From the NCBI GenBank assembly GCA_014251975.1, contig CP059204.1, positions 30,001-62,000 of the forward strand: a stretch of 32,000 bases of DNA, written 5' to 3'. The notes below the pieces were generated by a model that saw only the letters and a list, made by a program, of their open reading frames with translations, was not told the DNA's origin and did not search any database. The translations under genes were made by a program, and so were the position numbers. The DNA is from Blattabacterium cuenoti (GTDB lineage Bacteria; Bacteroidota; Bacteroidia; Flavobacteriales; Blattabacteriaceae). This document shows positions 27,442 to 32,000 of the stretch, piece by piece. Every line of letters starts with the position of its first letter. Position 1 is the stretch's first letter.

Positions 27442-28854
27442 TTAGTTAATTATAATCTTTTCTTTTGGCAATTTATAATAAGAAGTATAATTTATTTTAT
27501 TACTTCTAAATATACCAATCATTATATTAAATATTCCTATTCTTCCAAATAACATTAGTAGTATTATTACTAATTTACTTTCATTAGATAAATTTTGAGT
27601 TATACCTCTAGATAGGCCGGTAGTTGAAAATGCTGAAAAAACTTCGAAAGAAATTGATAAAATATCTTTTTTTGGTTCTAAATAAACAATTAATAAAATA
27701 CTTAAATAAATTATTATTAATGATAACATTATTATTGAAAAAGATAATTGAATAGATTCTAAATGTATTTCTCTTCCTTTTATTTCTAATCTATTTTTAC
27801 CTTTAGATAAAGATATTAAATTCATAATAGATAAAAATAAAGTACTAGTTTTTATACCTCCACCTGTAGATGTAGGTGAAGCACCTACCCACATTAAAAA
27901 AATAGTGAATAAAGTAGTAATATTGTTTAATGATCTCATATTAATAACATTAAATCCTGCTGTTCTAGCAGTTGCAGAAGAAAAAAATGATGCTATTAAT
28001 TTCCCATATGTAGAATTATGTTCTTTTAATGAATAGTTATATTCACTTATATAATAAAAAATTGTTCCTATAAATAATAATAATAAAGTTGTAAAAAAAA
28101 CAATTTGGGTATTTAAATTTATATGTTCTGAATAATTTGAATAATTTAAATAGTCATTTTTAAATATTTTATAAAATTTTTTTTTTATATTTAACCATAT
28201 ATATGTAAAAAAATTAAATATTATATTAAAACCTATTCCTCCTAATATGAACAAAAAAGAAATAGATAATTGTAAAAAATAATTAAATTTTGTGTATTTT
28301 GAATACAATCCATTTTCAATAATTGAAAATCCACTATTACAAAAAGAAGATATAGAATGAAATATAGAAAAAAATAATAAATTAGTATTTTCTAATTTGT
28401 AATTATAATAAATAATTGAAAAATATATTAATAATGCCCCTATACATTCAACTAATATAGTAAATATCACAACTTTTACTGCTAAAATAAATGCATTATT
28501 TATAGTTTTAGAATTTAAAAAACTACCTATAAAAATAGCTTCTTTGAAAGAAAAACCTTTCTTAAAAAAATAATTTACACAAGAAGTTATTGTTAATATT
28601 CCTAATCCACCTATTTCAATTAAAATTAATAAAATAATTTTACCTATATATGTTAAATCTTTAGATATATTTATTACAGATAATCCAGTTACACATACTG
28701 CACTAGTAGATGTAAATAAAGCATCTATAAAAGATATTTTTTTATTTGTAGATAATGGTAAAATTAATAATAAAGTACCTAAAATTGATAACAATATAAA
28801 ACTAATAATAAATATATAAACAGGATTATTTATTTTGTTATATATATATTTCAT
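27442..28854 (-). CDS. trkH: Potassium uptake membrane subunit (TrkH/KtrB family)
   Basis: 470-aa polytopic protein. Family blocks: SAVCVTGLSV, SATARTAGFNV, GASPTSTGGGIKTSTL, FSTTGLSRG. Confidence 0.85.
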   Translation of the reverse strand: MKYIYNKINNPVYIFIISFILLSILGTLLLILPLSTNKKISFIDALFTSTSAVCVTGLSVINISKDLTYIGKIILLILIEIGGLGILTITSCVNYFFKKGFSFKEAIFIGSFLNSKTINNAFILAVKVVIFTILVECIGALLIYFSIIYYNYKLENTNLLFFSIFHSISSFCNSGFSIIENGLYSKYTKFNYFLQLSISFLFILGGIGFNIIFNFFTYIWLNIKKKFYKIFKNDYLNYSNYSEHINLNTQIVFFTTLLLLFIGTIFYYISEYNYSLKEHNSTYGKLIASFFSSATARTAGFNVINMRSLNNITTLFTIFLMWVGASPTSTGGGIKTSTLFLSIMNLISLSKGKNRLEIKGREIHLESIQLSFSIIMLSLIIIYLSILLIVYLEPKKDILSISFEVFSAFSTTGLSRGITQNLSNESKLVIILLMLFGRIGIFNIMIGIFRSNKINYTSYYKLPKEKIIIN

Positions 28855-28966
28855 TTAGGAATTTTTATTATAATATTAATTAAAAAAGTTGTTAAAATAT
28901 TTGAATATTGTTTTATTAACAATATAATAAAAAAAACAAAATAAATAAATAATTATTTACTATATT

Positions 28967-29608
28967 CTAAATAAGAAAAGGGGAATATGTATCTATTTCT
29001 TTAAATTTTTTATCACAAAATTTTATATAAGACAATCTAGACATATTTGATGCGGATGGTGAATTTTGAATAAAAAAATTATAATTATTTAAAATAAAAT
29101 ATTTGGTTAAATAACTTATATTAAAATTTCCTATTAAAAAAGTTTTATTAGTAGTTTTTACAAAAAAATCATTATTTATTTTTTTTAATATAATTGGTTT
29201 TAATATATTTTTATTATTATCAAATAATGATGTATAAAATTGATTTGATTTTGCATATATCATTGGGATTAAAAATCCTTTATTTATTGATATATTTTCA
29301 ATTAAAATTTTTAAAGAATTTATAGATAATAAAGGTATACCTAAAGATATACATAGTCCTTTAGCAGCTGATGATCCAATTCTTAATGAAGAATAAGACC
29401 CTGGACCACAACTAACACATATTGAGTCTAGATATTTAATGTTTATTTTTGATATTTTAATGGCATATTTTATAAATAAATGTAATTTTTCTAAATGAAG
29501 ATATTTTTTATTATTTTCTTCTTCTACTAATGCTAAAGTAATACCATTTTCAGCAATGCTGACTGAACAATTTTTTGTAGATGTTTCTATATTTAGTATT
29601 AAAGACAT
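28967..29608 (-). CDS. tsaB: tRNA N6-threonylcarbamoyladenosine (t6A) biosynthesis protein TsaB (YeaZ)
   Basis: 213 aa. ILNIETSTKNCSVSI and VSCGPGSYSSLRIG match the TsaB/YeaZ ASKHA-fold signatures. Confidence 0.8.
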   Translation of the reverse strand: MSLILNIETSTKNCSVSIAENGITLALVEEENNKKYLHLEKLHLFIKYAIKISKINIKYLDSICVSCGPGSYSSLRIGSSAAKGLCISLGIPLLSINSLKILIENISINKGFLIPMIYAKSNQFYTSLFDNNKNILKPIILKKINNDFFVKTTNKTFLIGNFNISYLTKYFILNNYNFFIQNSPSASNMSRLSYIKFCDKKFKEIDTYSPFLI

Positions 29609-29633
29609 ATATTATTTTTTTTATAATAAAAAA

Positions 29634-30440
29634 ATGAAAAAAATAAAAATAATTAAACATATAATTAATTGGCTAAAAAAATACATTAAAAAATCTAATT
29701 CTAAAGGTTTTATAATAGGAATATCTGGTGGTATAGATTCTACTGTAACATCTATATTAGTAGCAATGACTAAATTACCAACTATTATTTTAGATATGCC
29801 TATAAAAAAAGAAGATAATATTCTATCTGAAAAACATGCTAAATTAATGATTGATAAATATCCTAATGTTAATTATTTAAAAAAAAATTTAAATGATATT
29901 TTTTATACTTTTTATTATACTTTAATAAAAAAAGATAATAAAATAATAAATGATAAAAAACAATTAGCTATTGCTAATATAAAGGCAAGAATACGTATGA
30001 TTACATTATATTACTATGCTAATATTTACGATTATATTGTAGTTGGTACTGGTAATAAAATAGAAGATTTTGGAGTGGGTTTTTTTACAAAATATGGAGA
30101 TGGTGGTGTAGATATACAACCTATATCTGATTTAAATAAAAGTGAAATACGTATTATTGCTAAAAAATTAAATGTTATTCCTGAAATTCAAAATGCAGAA
30201 CCAAATGATGGTTTATGGAATGATAAAAGAACTGATGAACAACAGTTAGGAGCTACATACGAAGAATTAGAATGGGCAATGAATTATAACAATGACAAGT
30301 TTGTTTTAAAAAAAAATATTAATTCTATATCAGAAAGAGAAAAAAACGTATTATTTATATATAATAAATTTAATAAAAAAAATAAACATAAAATAGATCC
30401 TATACCTTTTTGTAAAATACCACAGTTTTTTAAGAACTAA
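29634..30440 (+). CDS. nadE: NH3-dependent NAD+ synthetase
   Basis: PP-loop GISGGIDSTV, NIKARIRMITLYYYAN, VVGTGNKIEDFGVGFFTKYGDGGVDIQPISDLNKSEI. I prefer the ATG at 29634 (MKKIKIIKHIINWLKKY). The track start at 29556 would overlap the divergent tsaB by 53 nt and would add a non-conserved leader. Confidence 0.88.
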   Translation: MKKIKIIKHIINWLKKYIKKSNSKGFIIGISGGIDSTVTSILVAMTKLPTIILDMPIKKEDNILSEKHAKLMIDKYPNVNYLKKNLNDIFYTFYYTLIKKDNKIINDKKQLAIANIKARIRMITLYYYANIYDYIVVGTGNKIEDFGVGFFTKYGDGGVDIQPISDLNKSEIRIIAKKLNVIPEIQNAEPNDGLWNDKRTDEQQLGATYEELEWAMNYNNDKFVLKKNINSISEREKNVLFIYNKFNKKNKHKIDPIPFCKIPQFFKN

Positions 30441-30509
30441 TTTTAAATAATTTATTATATAAAATACTTTTTAATTAGTAAGTTATAAATTTTTTGAATT
30501 TTTATATTA

Positions 30510-31973
30510 ATGAAAAATATTTTTATAAGAAGAAAACATATTTTAAAAATATATAATTCTTTAAAAAAAAAAAAAGAATTATTTTCTCCTTTACATAAAA
30601 ATTATGTAGGTATTTATGTATGTGGACCAACCGTATATGATTATTTACATTTAGGAAATTATAGAACATTTATAATTTTTGATGTAATTGTTAGATATTT
30701 TATACATTTAGGATATAAAGTACGTTATGTTAGAAACATAACCGATGTAGGACATTTAGAAAATAATGAATTCGAAGAAGATAAAATATTAAAAAAATCT
30801 ATAATAGAAGGGATTGAACCAATGGAAATAGTTAATAAGTATACTACGTCATTTCATAATTCTTTAAATTTTTTAAATTTATTAAATCCTAATATAGAAC
30901 CTATTGCTACAGGGCATATAATAGAACAAATAGATATGATTAAAAAATTAGTTAAAAAAAAACTAGCGTATATAGTAAATGGTTCTATTTATTTTGATAT
31001 TAATAAATATATTAAATTATATAATTATGGAGTATTAAGTAATAACAAAATAGATAATTTATATACTAGTGATACTTTTTATAATAAAGAAAAAAAAAAT
31101 TCAAAAGATTTTTGTTTATGGAAAAAAGCAAATTATAATCATATTATGAATTGGACTTCTCCATGGGGGAAAGGGTTTCCAGGGTGGCATATTGAATGCA
31201 CCGCTATGAGTATAAAATATTTAGGTAGTTATTTTGATATACATGGGGGGGGGATAGATCTTAAATTTCCTCATCACGAATGTGAATTAGCACAATCTAA
31301 TAGCATTTATAATACAAATAATAGTTCAGCGCGTTATTGGATGCATAGTAATATGTTAACAATAGATGGATATAAAATGAGTAAGTCTAAAGGAAATTTT
31401 TTAAAATTACAAGATATTATTAAAGAATATACTAATAATTGTTCAAATATTTTTAAATTTTTTATATTGAAATCCCATTATAGAAGTATTATAAATTTTT
31501 CAAAAATAGATTTTAAAAAATCAGAAAAATCATATTTAAATATTATTCGATCTTTAGAAATTTTAAATAATTTTACACCAACAAAAAATACACAAGATAA
31601 TTTTTTTAATACTAATGATTGGATTATAAAATGTTATAAATCTATTAATGATGATTTTAATATCCCTTTACTAATATCTAATTTATTTGAAGCATCTAAT
31701 TTAATAAAAAGGTCATTATTAAAAATAAATAAAGATAATTTTTTTTTACTAAAAAAATATATGAATTATTTTTTTTTCGATATACTTGGATTTAAAAAAG
31801 ATAATTCATTAAAAAGAAGTAATAATAAATCTAAAAAATTAGATATAATTATTAAAAAATTAATTATTATTCGTAAAGAAATGAGAAAAAATAAAGAATG
31901 GTATTATTCAGATAAAATACGAAAAGAATTATTAAATATAGGAATTAATATAAATGATGATAAATTACAATAA
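30510..31973 (+). CDS. cysS: Cysteine--tRNA ligase (CysRS)
   Basis: 487 aa. YVCGPTVYDYLHLGNYRT (HIGH-type motif HLGN, zinc Cys), FPGWHIECTAM, HGGGIDLKFPHHECELAQ (zinc His/Glu), and a KMSKS loop (GYKMSKSKGN). Confidence 0.95.
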   Translation: MKNIFIRRKHILKIYNSLKKKKELFSPLHKNYVGIYVCGPTVYDYLHLGNYRTFIIFDVIVRYFIHLGYKVRYVRNITDVGHLENNEFEEDKILKKSIIEGIEPMEIVNKYTTSFHNSLNFLNLLNPNIEPIATGHIIEQIDMIKKLVKKKLAYIVNGSIYFDINKYIKLYNYGVLSNNKIDNLYTSDTFYNKEKKNSKDFCLWKKANYNHIMNWTSPWGKGFPGWHIECTAMSIKYLGSYFDIHGGGIDLKFPHHECELAQSNSIYNTNNSSARYWMHSNMLTIDGYKMSKSKGNFLKLQDIIKEYTNNCSNIFKFFILKSHYRSIINFSKIDFKKSEKSYLNIIRSLEILNNFTPTKNTQDNFFNTNDWIIKCYKSINDDFNIPLLISNLFEASNLIKRSLLKINKDNFFLLKKYMNYFFFDILGFKKDNSLKRSNNKSKKLDIIIKKLIIIRKEMRKNKEWYYSDKIRKELLNIGININDDKLQ

Positions 31974-32000
31974 AACTTGTTTAATATAATTTATATATTA

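Noticed and set aside
1-32000. I scanned for CRISPR-like spaced repeats, inverted terminal repeats, transposase, integrase or phage genes, and toxin-antitoxin or defence-type small gene pairs.
   Set aside because: I saw no regular repeat-spacer periodicity. Every ORF above about 100 aa is accounted for by a housekeeping family or the single orphan. There is no unexplained space larger than 122 bp.

Overview
This is a 32-kb, almost gap-free stretch of an extremely AT-rich bacterial genome with a Lys/Asn/Ile-biased proteome. From the ORF coordinates it is about 97-98% coding, and every intergenic gap is 122 bp or shorter. Several features point to Bacteroidota/Flavobacteriales: a complete alternative complex III operon (actABCDEF), a fused CcsBA cytochrome c maturation protein, a DUF3127-like protein, a pair of M16 peptidases, and A/T-only leaders with no Shine-Dalgarno-like sequence. 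The composition and compaction fit an obligate insect endosymbiont of the Blattabacterium/Sulcia type. The exact taxon cannot be named without a database search.

I support 25 protein genes:
- ccsBA (5' end cut by the window edge), alaS, sucA, sucB
- a small TM/TPR-like orphan and an alpha/beta-hydrolase esterase
- sucC, a DnaX-like clamp-loader subunit, nth
- a DUF3127-like OB-fold protein with an SSB-type acidic tail
- an SPFH/band-7 protein and a DUF59/SufT-like protein
- an active plus an inactive M16 peptidase
- actA to actF, trkA, trkH, tsaB, nadE, cysS

I found no rRNA, tRNA, CRISPR array, IS element, phage gene or convincing terminator hairpin. The genetic code looks standard.

I do not see an accessory island or a new multi-gene system. 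This reads as ordinary core genome of a reduced symbiont. The items worth a second look are single-gene peculiarities:
- The clamp-loader subunit has eroded Walker B, arginine-finger and sensor-2 motifs and carries a T10A15 homopolymer inside the gene.
- Endonuclease III has lost all four Fe-S cluster cysteines.
- A DUF3127-like protein has an SSB-like linker and a DDLPF tip.
- ActA has six heme c motifs.
- Long poly(A) tracts are frequent inside genes.
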